From positions 13,227-77,226 of the forward strand of contig JBCCUK010000014.1 of assembly GCA_039196965.1 (NCBI GenBank): a stretch of DNA of 64,000 bases. Direction: 5' to 3'. A program made the translations under genes and the position numbers. The first letter of the stretch is position 1; each line of letters begins with the position of its first letter. Origin of the DNA: Pseudomonadota bacterium (GTDB lineage Bacteria > Pseudomonadota > Alphaproteobacteria > Caulobacterales > Hyphomonadaceae). Positions 27,735 through 37,082 of the stretch are shown here, in pieces. Below the pieces are notes generated by a model, which was given only the letters and a program-made list of their open reading frames with translations, did not search any database and was not told where the DNA came from.

Positions 27735-28265
27735 ATGGCTTGGACTGAAGATCGCGTAGACGTTCTGAAAAAACTATGGGCTGAAGGACACAGCGCCAGC
27801 CAAATAGCCAAACAGCTTGGCGGTGTCACGCGCAATGCTGTGATCGGTAAAGTGCACCGGCTCGGTCTCTCTGGCAGAGCCACGCCGTCACGTCCTGTGA
27901 AGCGCCCGCCACGTCTCGCGAGGCCGAAGCCGAAATTTGCAGCAACCGCGACCACGGTGAAAGCAACAGAGACCCGCGAAAACCAACCAAATGACCGCAC
28001 CATTGCAGCGGCGGAGAAAGCAGCCCTTGCCGCATTGACGCCGTTGCCACTCAACGACGGAGAGGCCGCCACCGTCCTCACAATTCGGGATTCCATGTGC
28101 AAATGGCCCATCGGAGATCCAGCTGATCCGAATTTCGCGTTTTGCGGCCGAAAGGCAGATTGCGGCCCCTATTGCAAAGAACACGCGAAAGTTGCGTTCC
28201 AACCAGCCAAGAAGCGCGAGCGGAAGCGCGGCGAACAGGACTATGTTCGCAGGATTGCTGGCTAG
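27735..28265 (+). CDS. gcrA: cell-cycle transcriptional regulator GcrA
   Basis: MAWTEDRVDVLKKLWAEGHSASQIAKQLGGVTRNAVIGKVHRLGL N-domain and CKWPIGDP...FCG C-domain, both hallmark GcrA sequences. Confidence 0.9.
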   Translation: MAWTEDRVDVLKKLWAEGHSASQIAKQLGGVTRNAVIGKVHRLGLSGRATPSRPVKRPPRLARPKPKFAATATTVKATETRENQPNDRTIAAAEKAALAALTPLPLNDGEAATVLTIRDSMCKWPIGDPADPNFAFCGRKADCGPYCKEHAKVAFQPAKKRERKRGEQDYVRRIAG

Positions 28266-28336
28266 AACGTTCATTCCTCTTTGACGAGGCCCTTATTTGC
28301 CGAGCGAAATCGATCCATCTTGCTTGGCAGAGCCTT

Positions 28337-28370
28337 CCCGGCAGGTGCAGCCCACCGGCCGGGTTTTTTA
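28337..28370 (+). terminator. rho-independent terminator of gcrA
   Basis: CCCGGC (28337-28342) pairs with GCCGGG (28358-28363), followed by TTTTTTATT; 72 nt after the gcrA stop. Confidence 0.75.
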
Positions 28371-28387
28371 TTCGAAAGACTAGCCTA

Positions 28388-28690
28388 CTACTCGGCCGTA
28401 TCTGCTGGCGCTTCATGGACAGCGCTTAAACCAAGCAAGCCAAGCAGTTGATCTGCGTCCTCGACGAGTTTCGGAAGGGCTTCGAGATCCTCCGCCCCCA
28501 GTGGGCGCAAAGAAACAGAAAGTGTTCCACCCTCGCGAATATACCGTGAGAGACTTTCAATATAGCCAACAGCCGGCGGGAATACCGCCTATGCCCGAGG
28601 CGAAGCTAAGACCGCCCGTTGCCATCGCCTCTAGTCCAGCAGGGTTCATGATCGAGATATCGAGGCCGTCGCCCCGAAAACAGAAATTTG
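28388..28690 (-). pseudogene. possible gene remnant (frame-broken, no start)
   Basis: The minus strand reads protein-like ...YIESLSRYIREGGTLSVSLRPLGAEDLEALPKLVEDADQLLGLLGLSAVHEAPADTAE-stop (28388-28590). This stretch has no ATG or GTG and is preceded in another frame by FRGDGLDISIMNPAGLEAMATGGLSFASG. Confidence 0.3.
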
Positions 28691-28693
28691 TTG

Positions 28694-29377
28694 TCAGTTG
28701 GTACGGAGCGCATATCCCGCGGAGCGGACGGTGCGGATAGGATCCTCACCTGCCTTTTTTAGGATTTTGCGCAAGCGGCCGACATGGACGTCCACGGTTC
28801 TTAGTTCGACATAAACGTCAGAGCCCCAGACCGAATCTAGCAACTGCTCCCGTGAAAAGACCCGTCCGGGGTGCTGCATGAAATGGTCGAGAAGACGGTA
28901 TTCAGTCGGCCCGAGATGGAGGCTCTGTCCGCAACGCGTGACCGTGTGGCCTGACCGGTCGACAGTAATGTCGCCTACGGTAACCGTGTCCTCCACGAGT
29001 CCCGGGCGGATACGGCGCATGACAGCGCGGATGCGCGCCATAAGCTCAGTCGTCGAAAATGGCTTGGTGATGTAGTCGTCGGCCCCAGTATCGAGACCCC
29101 TCACCCGGTCGCCCTCTTCGGAGCGCGCCGTGAGCATTATTATAGGCAGGTTTTTTGTTTCCGGTCGCGCGCGCACCCGGCGGCAAACCTCAATGCCCGG
29201 CACTTTCGGCAGCATCCAATCCAGGAGAAGAAGGTCCGGTGCTCGCTCCTCCATTAAAAGGAGCGCTTCTTCACCGTCGGTAGCGACAGCAACGTCATAA
29301 TCCTCGCGTTCAAGATTATATTTGAGGAGTTCACATACCGCCGATTCATCCTCGGCGATAAGAATATGTGGGCTCAT
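28694..29377 (-). CDS. phoB: phosphate regulon response regulator PhoB
   Basis: OmpR-family receiver (ILIAEDE, DLLLLDWMLP) plus winged helix. AAGGAG before the ATG at 29377. Last gene of the pst-phoU-phoB row. Confidence 0.9.
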   Translation of the reverse strand: MSPHILIAEDESAVCELLKYNLEREDYDVAVATDGEEALLLMEERAPDLLLLDWMLPKVPGIEVCRRVRARPETKNLPIIMLTARSEEGDRVRGLDTGADDYITKPFSTTELMARIRAVMRRIRPGLVEDTVTVGDITVDRSGHTVTRCGQSLHLGPTEYRLLDHFMQHPGRVFSREQLLDSVWGSDVYVELRTVDVHVGRLRKILKKAGEDPIRTVRSAGYALRTN

Positions 29378-29425
29378 CTTCCCGCTCCTTGTGTTTCTGG
29401 CTTCTGCCAATCAAGCGTTTGCACC

Positions 29426-30121
29426 TTAGCTTTTAGCAAGCCCATCTATCTTAGGCCGCTCCTGCGCGTCCAGATAATTACCTGTGACAAAGAAGTATAT
29501 CAATTCTGCAACATTTGTGGCGTGATCTCCAATGCGTTCGAGATTCTTTGCCATGAACAATATGTGTGCACCATCTCCGATCGTGCGCGGATCCTCGATC
29601 ATGTAGGTTAGCACCTCGCGAAAATAGCTGTTGTAAAGCTGGTCAATATCTTCGTCCGCTTCCCAGTATCGTCTCGCCAGGCATTCATCCCGGTTCCGAT
29701 AAGCATCGAGCACGCCGGAGAGCTGTGACGCAACTGCACGGCCCATACGGTCAACGCCCTTTAGAACGTCGCGGGTCGCAAGATTGCCAAGTGCGCTCGC
29801 ACGCTTTGCAATGTTCTTTGAGAGGTCACCGACACGTTCAAGTTCGTTGGCCACTTTTAGCGCCGCCAGCACCTCCCGAAGATCCCGTGCCATAGGTTGT
29901 CGCCGCGCGACGATTTCCATAATGCGCTGTTCAACAGCGGCCTCCAATTCATCCACCTCCCGGTCCCGCTCAATAACGGCGGAGGCGGCGACCAGATCTC
30001 CCCTCATCGTGGCTGAGCAAGCATCCGTGATCATGGCTTCGGCCAACCCGCCCATGCGCAGCAAGTCGTTGGAAAGCTGCTCCAGCTCATCGGTGAATGC
30101 GGTGACGATATGGTCGTTCAT
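29426..30121 (-). CDS. phoU: phosphate signalling complex protein PhoU
   Basis: 231 aa with duplicated PhoU repeats (ELERVGD, NLERIGDHATN). Confidence 0.9.
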   Translation of the reverse strand: MNDHIVTAFTDELEQLSNDLLRMGGLAEAMITDACSATMRGDLVAASAVIERDREVDELEAAVEQRIMEIVARRQPMARDLREVLAALKVANELERVGDLSKNIAKRASALGNLATRDVLKGVDRMGRAVASQLSGVLDAYRNRDECLARRYWEADEDIDQLYNSYFREVLTYMIEDPRTIGDGAHILFMAKNLERIGDHATNVAELIYFFVTGNYLDAQERPKIDGLAKS

Positions 30122-30130
30122 GAAAACCTG

Positions 30131-30946
30131 TTAGCCGAACCTGCCAGTGATGTAGTCATGGGTGCGCCCCTCCGCAGGGTTGGTGAAGATACGGCCTGTA
30201 TCGTCCATCTCGACCAGCTTACCAAGATGAAAAAAGGCGGTCTGCTGGGACACGCGAGCGGCTTGTTGCAGAGAATGTGTAACAATAACAATGCAATACC
30301 TGGCACGAAGCTCGTCGATCAATTCTTCAATTCGCGCCGTGGCGACCGGGTCAAGCGATGAACAGGGCTCATCCATCAGGATCATATCGGGGCTGACAGC
30401 AATCGCGCGGGCAATGCAGAGCCTCTGCTGCTGACCGCCGGACAGGCTGGTACCGGGTTCACTCAGCCGGTCTTTCACCTCGTCCCAAAGCCCTGCCCGC
30501 CGGAGACTTCTGTGCACAATCGCTTCAAGGGCCTCCTTGCCATCGGCAAGAGCATGAATGCGCGGCCCATAAGCTACATTGTCGAAAATCGATTTCGGAA
30601 AGGGATTAGGGTTCTGGAAGACCATGCCGACGGACGCACGGAGCGCGACCGGATCGACATCTGCGCTGTTCACATTGACGCCGTTGATAATGATCTCACC
30701 GCTCACCTGTGCATCGGGGATCGTATCATTCATGCGGTTGAGACACCGCAAAAAGCTGGATTTGCCGCAGCCGGAAGGCCCGATGAGCGCCGTCACGGCC
30801 CGGTCCGGAATATTCAATGAGACATCTTTCAGCCCGACGCGGTCACCATACATCACTGACACGTTGTGGCAGCGCACCTTTACAGACTCAGCATCTTTTG
30901 CCGCCGAAGGGGACCATTCGGACAGGTTGTCATCAGCAGCAGCCAT
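30131..30946 (-). CDS. pstB: phosphate ABC transporter ATP-binding protein PstB
   Basis: Walker A GPSGCGKS, signature LSGGQQQRL, Walker B ILMDEP; PstB-type C-terminus. Confidence 0.95.
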   Translation of the reverse strand: MAAADDNLSEWSPSAAKDAESVKVRCHNVSVMYGDRVGLKDVSLNIPDRAVTALIGPSGCGKSSFLRCLNRMNDTIPDAQVSGEIIINGVNVNSADVDPVALRASVGMVFQNPNPFPKSIFDNVAYGPRIHALADGKEALEAIVHRSLRRAGLWDEVKDRLSEPGTSLSGGQQQRLCIARAIAVSPDMILMDEPCSSLDPVATARIEELIDELRARYCIVIVTHSLQQAARVSQQTAFFHLGKLVEMDDTGRIFTNPAEGRTHDYITGRFG

Positions 30947-32526
30947 TATCGTCGCTCATATCTCTGCCGGAGATAGCTCGCCAGCACATTCATCAACACC
31001 AGGATGATCAGCAGTACCACAATCGTCGCCGCGGTGAGAGGCTCCCAGGCTCGCTCCGCGCCAGTCGACCATTTATAGATGAGGACGGGCAAGGTGGTGG
31101 CCTCGTCGCCAACTCCGCTTGGCACCTCGCCGATGAAAACCACCATGCCAATGAGCAAGAGGGGAGCCGTCTCGCCGAGCGACCGGGCAAGGCCGAGGAT
31201 GACACCGGTAATAATACCAGGCGCGGCAACAGGCAAAACATGATCGATAACCATCTGCATCGGCGAGGCTCCAAGGCTGAGAGCCGCTGTGCGAATGTCC
31301 TGTGACACGGCGTTTAACGCGGCCCGTGACGCAATGATCACAGTCGGCAGAGTAAGCAATGCCAGCACAAGCCCGCCAACAATCGGGGCGGAGCGCGGCA
31401 AACCGAAAAAGTTCAATAGAACAGCCGCCCCGAGCAATCCGAAAACAATCGACGGCACAGCCGCCAAATTATTGATGTTCACTTCTATGAAAGTCGTCAG
31501 ACGGTTTCTGGGAGCAAACTCTTCCAGCCAGATCGCCGCCATAATACCTATAGGGACGGATATCAGGGCTGTAACAATTAGGGTCAGAAATGATCCGACA
31601 AGGGCGGCAAGTATGCCCGCAAGCTCTGGATATGTACTGTCACCTGAACTCAGAAATCGGAGGTTCAATGCTGGTCGGATGACACCGGCCCGTTTCAGAT
31701 AGTTCACCTCTGCGATTTGTTGATCAAGAATAGCTCGCTGCACTTCCGGTGTCCAAACGACCCTGTAGTCGATACGGTCGGGCTCCGGCACAATATCGCC
31801 GACGCGCTTTTCCAGGATCAATTGGTCATCAGCAACGGAGATCACCTGAAAAATCGCATTATCCGTTTCCACGAATATGCTGGGCAGGTCTGCCCTCTTT
31901 CTATTCATTGCCGTTTTAATATCCCGCGGCATCTCCCTAAATCCAACGGAATATAAATCACCTGACGCCCTGCCCGCCGCAGAAGGTTTCATCTCAGAGA
32001 ACATACTCGCCTGGCTGAGAGACCCAAAACTCTCATCGGCAATTTGACCTTTGAGATATTGATCGAAGACGGATGAAATAGGGATCCTATATTGCCGACT
32101 TACACCGAGAAGGTTAGGAGATTCAGCCGTTGCCTCGGCAATGCTGGCAACCGCAAGCGGCGCGAACAACTCGATATGATTGCTATCCGACAGAAGCGGC
32201 TCGCCGAGGACAGAATGAACCTCTTCCAGAACAAGTGTGTTGAACCCTTCCATATTATTGCCGATGTCGCTGACATTTGACGCGCTCTCGGGCAGCAGCC
32301 TTTCCAATGTCGGCGTAAGCACAACGAAAAGTTGATACTGGGTCAGAGCTCTTAAAGAAATAGATACGACACTGAGAATTATCACCGCCAGAAAAGCGAT
32401 TGAAAGCCCGACACAGGAGATAGCCAGTCCCTTTAAAACGCGGTCTACGATCCGCCGTGTTCGAACTACACGAACGCCTGAAAGAGCACCGGTATGGCTC
32501 ATATTTATTTCTTTCGGATCAGCCAT
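30946..32526 (-). CDS. pstA: phosphate ABC transporter permease PstA (long form with N-terminal periplasmic extension)
   Basis: C-terminal ~270 aa are PstA-like ([16 protein letters not shown]). The ~250-aa N-terminal extension follows one TM helix. TAATG coupling to pstB. Confidence 0.85.
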   Translation of the reverse strand: MADPKEINMSHTGALSGVRVVRTRRIVDRVLKGLAISCVGLSIAFLAVIILSVVSISLRALTQYQLFVVLTPTLERLLPESASNVSDIGNNMEGFNTLVLEEVHSVLGEPLLSDSNHIELFAPLAVASIAEATAESPNLLGVSRQYRIPISSVFDQYLKGQIADESFGSLSQASMFSEMKPSAAGRASGDLYSVGFREMPRDIKTAMNRKRADLPSIFVETDNAIFQVISVADDQLILEKRVGDIVPEPDRIDYRVVWTPEVQRAILDQQIAEVNYLKRAGVIRPALNLRFLSSGDSTYPELAGILAALVGSFLTLIVTALISVPIGIMAAIWLEEFAPRNRLTTFIEVNINNLAAVPSIVFGLLGAAVLLNFFGLPRSAPIVGGLVLALLTLPTVIIASRAALNAVSQDIRTAALSLGASPMQMVIDHVLPVAAPGIITGVILGLARSLGETAPLLLIGMVVFIGEVPSGVGDEATTLPVLIYKWSTGAERAWEPLTAATIVVLLIILVLMNVLASYLRQRYERR

Positions 32527-33901
32527 AGGCAGTTCTGTATTGCCGGACCACTCTGAGCGCGATCAGATTGAAAATCACCGTTACCAGAAAGAGAACACCG
32601 CCGAGTGCGAAAGCGGAGAGGGTGCGGGGACTGTCAAAAGCACTATCACCTATCAGCAGGCTCACGATCTGTGCGGTCACAGTGGTCATATCACTTGTGG
32701 CGTCGAGTGTGATTTGTGCGCGCTGGCCAGCCGCCATGACAACAATCATGGTTTCCCCGACAGCGCGGGATACTCCGAGCAGGAGGGCAGCGAATATGCC
32801 GGGCCTCGCCGCCGGAAGAACAATCCGCAAAATCATTTCGGCTCTCGTGGAGCCCAGCGCCAGCGCGCCTTCACGATACTCATCGGGCACGGACCGGAGC
32901 ACGCCGTCGGTTACCGAAGATACAAAGGGAATAATCATGATCCCCATAACAAGCCCGGCGGCAAGGGCGCTATTCGGCTGGGCGGCGAGGAAGCCATCCG
33001 GCACCCAGGTAAGCTGGTTCACGGATCTTGCCAGTGATCGAATGATGGGTGCCACGAGCAAAATTGCAAAAAATCCGTACACAACTGTTGGGATACCGGC
33101 GAGCACTTCCATTGCCGGTTTTGCGACCCGCCGAAAAGACGGTGAGGCATACTCTGAGAGATAGATAGCGGACAGAATGCCGATAGGTGCCGCCACTGCC
33201 ATGGCAATAATAGCAATGCCGATGGTTCCGAAGAAAAGCGGTATGGCCCCGAAATCCTGATTGTTTGATGGGTTCCAACTGGTCCCAAACAGGAAGTCCA
33301 GAGGATTTACAAAAGCAAAGAAGCGAACGCCCTGGAAGACCAGTGAGGCCAGTATCCCGATGGTGATCAGAACAGCCACGGCCGCGCTGGCAAAAAAGAT
33401 CATCCGGAGGGTTGTCTCCAGATAATCTCTTATAGGTGCATCAACTGTCTGAAATCGCGAGGCAAACCAATATCCCGCAAGGCCCATTGCCACTATGGAG
33501 CCGCCACCAACTAACCGGACTTGTCCCATCAGAGCGACAATCCGCCAGCGGGCCGCATCGTCAAATGGATCGGACAATTGGACATCGGATTGTCCCGTAA
33601 GGTACCACAACTGCTCCAAATACTGATCAAGTTGAACGGTTGGAAGCGCCAATAGTCTTTCCGGCAATTCCGAAACGAGCGCGCCGCGCACAATCGGACC
33701 GTCAACGCTAGCCAGCACAGCGAGGCCAAGAAACATCGGCAAACATGTTGCCATAAGGATGAATATGCCATGCAGCCCTTCGGAAGAGCGCAATGCCTTG
33801 CCGCTCTGGAATTTCAGAAAGAGTGCCTGTACTCGACCGGCAGTATAGGATGCCATGCCGGCTGCCGCCAGAAGCACGAAAGCGTACCAGGCAAATGGCA
33901 T
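32519..33901 (-). CDS. pstC: phosphate ABC transporter permease PstC (long form)
   Basis: 460 aa; PstC-like core (SEYASPSFR, EGALALGSTRAE). Overlaps the pstA start by 8 bp. Confidence 0.85.
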   Translation of the reverse strand: MPFAWYAFVLLAAAGMASYTAGRVQALFLKFQSGKALRSSEGLHGIFILMATCLPMFLGLAVLASVDGPIVRGALVSELPERLLALPTVQLDQYLEQLWYLTGQSDVQLSDPFDDAARWRIVALMGQVRLVGGGSIVAMGLAGYWFASRFQTVDAPIRDYLETTLRMIFFASAAVAVLITIGILASLVFQGVRFFAFVNPLDFLFGTSWNPSNNQDFGAIPLFFGTIGIAIIAMAVAAPIGILSAIYLSEYASPSFRRVAKPAMEVLAGIPTVVYGFFAILLVAPIIRSLARSVNQLTWVPDGFLAAQPNSALAAGLVMGIMIIPFVSSVTDGVLRSVPDEYREGALALGSTRAEMILRIVLPAARPGIFAALLLGVSRAVGETMIVVMAAGQRAQITLDATSDMTTVTAQIVSLLIGDSAFDSPRTLSAFALGGVLFLVTVIFNLIALRVVRQYRTAYG

Positions 33902-33990
33902 GAGTCCAAAACGTTCAAGGAGCCAGCCGATAACACCCTCCTAATGGATCTAGTCTAGGCAAATATATTAACGGCGATGTGACATATGTC

Positions 33991-35382
33991 TCAGTTGCTT
34001 GCCGGCGGCTCATCTATTGCCGGCAACCAAACGGAAAACGCCGTACCCTCCTCGATCTGACTCTCCACAGCAAACCCTCCGCGATGGTGGGCCATGATGT
34101 GCTTTACGATTGCAAGACCAAGCCCCGTGCCTTCATCGGGACCTCCGCGACTTTCATCGACCCTGAAGAAACGCTCGCCAAGGCGCGGCAGGAAGGCGGC
34201 ATCAATTCCAGCGCCCTCATCCCTGACCCGGAACCATGCGGCGGCGCGGGAAGCACCGCCAATCGTTTCCGGTGCCGCCAACAGCGTCGATCGCGCCGCC
34301 TCCGGCCATCCGCGGGACGCATAAGCTTCCGCCGCATCGAGGTCTCGCGATCTCCCCATGGAAACTGTAATGACCGTGTTCGCCGGCGAATACTTGATCG
34401 CGTTGCCGACAAGATTGTGGACCACCTGTTTCAACTCACCCTCCGATGCGATGAGCGGAACCGGCGCTTCCGGAAAATCGAATTTGATTTCCTGGGATTT
34501 CATCCGTGCGATGTGAACAAGCGATTCAGCCGCCTCGCGGACAATTGTCAGGAAATCCACTTTGGTTGTTGGTGCCTGATGCTCGCCGAGTTCGATGCGG
34601 GAAAGCGACAGGAGATCCGTTATCAGATCTTTCATATGCGTCGTCTGGTCGGCCATGATTTGAATGAATTTCGGCCACGCGTCCGGATCGTCGCGGGCAG
34701 GCCCCTGCATGGTTTCAAGGAATCCTGAGATCGATGTGAGCGGGGTACGCAGTTCGTGGCTGGCATTGGCAAGAAAGTCTGCCCTCGCCTTCTCTGCCCG
34801 TCTTACAGGTGCCTGATCCGTCAGAACAATCAGTGCGGAGCGCTCACCGGCCGCGTCGTCGCCAAGTGCGGTTATGGTGACGAGCCAAGTCTGGCTCGGA
34901 TCCCTGGACGGTACAAGTTCGCATGCCGCCGCCCCCCCGGCATTCAACACGCGGTCAATATGAGCCAGGAGCTCTGGATTTCGGAGGGACCCGGCGGAAA
35001 GCCCTATCCGGACGTCGGGCAAACTGAAGATCTGCCCGGCCACTTGATTGTAGGCGACAAGCTGGGCTCCGGCATCGACGATCAGCGCCGGCTGATTCAG
35101 GGCATCGACGAGACTTTGTTGAACCCGGCGGATCGCATCGGCATTCGATTGCTTCACAACAATCTTTGTTTTCGGTTCTGCCACTCGAGCATTTGCGAGG
35201 ATACCGATATGATAAGCAAAGGCTCCCCCGGCCAGCAAAAGCGACGCCGATACACCTTCCAATATGCCGAGGACACCAGTCGCCGTTAACGCGAACAGCA
35301 ATGCCAACCCGCCCGTAGACAGGATTATGATATCCTGCCGACGCAGTCGTCCTATATCTCTGGAGTTAGGCTTTGAGACCAT
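33991..35382 (-). CDS. phoR: phosphate regulon sensor histidine kinase PhoR
   Basis: N-terminal TM pair, PAS-like region, H-box ANASHELRTPLTSI, and N/G boxes (GNAIKYS, GTGLGLAIVKH). Directly upstream of pstC. Confidence 0.85.
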   Translation of the reverse strand: MVSKPNSRDIGRLRRQDIIILSTGGLALLFALTATGVLGILEGVSASLLLAGGAFAYHIGILANARVAEPKTKIVVKQSNADAIRRVQQSLVDALNQPALIVDAGAQLVAYNQVAGQIFSLPDVRIGLSAGSLRNPELLAHIDRVLNAGGAAACELVPSRDPSQTWLVTITALGDDAAGERSALIVLTDQAPVRRAEKARADFLANASHELRTPLTSISGFLETMQGPARDDPDAWPKFIQIMADQTTHMKDLITDLLSLSRIELGEHQAPTTKVDFLTIVREAAESLVHIARMKSQEIKFDFPEAPVPLIASEGELKQVVHNLVGNAIKYSPANTVITVSMGRSRDLDAAEAYASRGWPEAARSTLLAAPETIGGASRAAAWFRVRDEGAGIDAAFLPRLGERFFRVDESRGGPDEGTGLGLAIVKHIMAHHRGGFAVESQIEEGTAFSVWLPAIDEPPASN

Positions 35383-35588
35383 ATCAGTTTCCGATCAAGC
35401 AGACCGGAAATTTGAATGCCTTCTGCCAAACCATTTGGAAAGGTTCATGCCCACAATGGAGGCAGACACATCGTGGAAGTGTGTTCAAACAGACACAAAA
35501 ATCTTCATTATTGAATTTCGATAATTATTCATTGACTTTCATATAGTAAACCATTAACTCCAGCATCATATTGAAGAGGCTCTAAACT

Positions 35589-37082
35589 GTGTTGCAACGT
35601 TCACTCCTATTTGCTGGCGCAATTGCGCTTTCGGGCTGCACAAGCCTAGAGAATGCGCTCTTGGGCGAGCCTGCAGATACAACGCCCAACCTGCCATCAA
35701 CACCGGAAGGCTGGGCTCAAAAGTCAGATGTTGAAGCGGCGCAGTCAGAGAATTGGCTAGCCCAGTTTAATGATCCGGCACTGGTCGAGATTATCGAAGA
35801 GGCTCTGACCGCGAATCCGAGAATTCTCGAAAGCGAGGCGCGCGTCCGCGTTGCCAAGCAGAACTCACGCGCTGTTTTTGGGCGGTCACTTCCGTCCGCC
35901 AACTATTCTTTCTCGAACGGCTATGCGACGCAATTTGCATCGACTGCGCTGGGTGGCGGCGTTGTCGTCGATGGACGATTCAACCAGCCGACCTATGATC
36001 AGCGCGTCGACCTCCAGTGGGAACTTGATTTGTGGGGCCGCGTTCGAGCGAACAACCGCGCCGCCCGATCCGACTTTTTTGCAACTGAAGCGGATCTCGC
36101 GGCGGCCAGGCTTTCGCTCGGGGGCGAGGCAGCCGTCGCATGGATCGATTTGAACGCCGCACTTGAACAGGAACGCGTTGCCGAAGAGACCATGGCGGCG
36201 CGCAAACGCGTTGTTGATCTGACCGAGCGACGTTTCGAGCGCGGCCTGTCCACAGCGCTTGATGTACGAACCGCCCGTACCGAGCTTGCCCAGGCCGATG
36301 CACAAATTGCTCTTCAGGGGCAAACACGGGAGAACGCAGCGCGGCGTCTCGAAGTCTTGCTTGGACGGTATCCTTCAACGGAGATCGAAGCGCCAGCCGA
36401 ACTGCCTGTACTCGATGGGATCAGAACAATTTCAGATCCGACGGTGCTTCTATCAAGACGTCCGGATATTGCCGCCGCAGAGGCGCGGCTTGAAGCAGCC
36501 GGGTACAGGGCTGAAGTGGCAAGATTGGCAATGCTGCCATCATTTAATGCCACATCAACGATCTCAAACTCCTCGAGTATCGAGTTTGCCGATATCCTCG
36601 ATCCGGAACGGATCAGCGCCAACATCTTCGGTGCACTGACACAGAACATCTGGAATGGCGGGGCGCTGAAAGCCGACAAACGCGGAGCCTATGCCCGTGT
36701 CGAAGAGCTTTCGGCGACCTATGCCAATGCTGTATTGACGGCCTGGAGAGAAGTGGAAGACGCCCTCGCGAATGATCGTTATCTTGCCATTCAGCTCGAG
36801 GCTCAGAAGCGCGCTCTGGAGGAAGCCAGATTGGCAGAGGACCTCGCGCTCCGCCAATATCAGAACGGCCTCGTCGACATATTCAATCTGCTCCAGTCAC
36901 AGACAACCAGGCTGAATGCGGAATCCAGCTACATCAATGTCAGCGCTCAGAGAGTGACCAACCGCATCGACTACCACCTGGCACTCGGTGGGGGCGGGCC
37001 ACTCGGGCCTGAAGCCGAAGACGAACAGATTATCAACGCGACCCAAAACAGTGCCCAGTCCAGTGAGAGCAAAGCGCCATGA
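35589..37082 (+). CDS. RND efflux outer-membrane factor lipoprotein (NodT family)
   Basis: Lipobox LSGC; duplicated OEP repeats; first gene of a three-gene overlapping operon. GTG start. Confidence 0.85.
   Translation: MLQRSLLFAGAIALSGCTSLENALLGEPADTTPNLPSTPEGWAQKSDVEAAQSENWLAQFNDPALVEIIEEALTANPRILESEARVRVAKQNSRAVFGRSLPSANYSFSNGYATQFASTALGGGVVVDGRFNQPTYDQRVDLQWELDLWGRVRANNRAARSDFFATEADLAAARLSLGGEAAVAWIDLNAALEQERVAEETMAARKRVVDLTERRFERGLSTALDVRTARTELAQADAQIALQGQTRENAARRLEVLLGRYPSTEIEAPAELPVLDGIRTISDPTVLLSRRPDIAAAEARLEAAGYRAEVARLAMLPSFNATSTISNSSSIEFADILDPERISANIFGALTQNIWNGGALKADKRGAYARVEELSATYANAVLTAWREVEDALANDRYLAIQLEAQKRALEEARLAEDLALRQYQNGLVDIFNLLQSQTTRLNAESSYINVSAQRVTNRIDYHLALGGGGPLGPEAEDEQIINATQNSAQSSESKAP

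Noticed and set aside
27512-28111. 199-aa minus-strand ORF covering the gcrA promoter and the gcrA gene.
   Set aside because: It lies opposite an unmistakable GcrA coding sequence and has low-complexity composition. It is a shadow ORF.
33971-34000. Pho-box-like sequence CTGAGACATATGTCACAT (minus strand) between the phoR stop and pstC.
   Set aside because: Only one half-site resembles TGTCA(C/T), and the second repeat is not in the 11-bp register. This is not enough to call a PhoB site.
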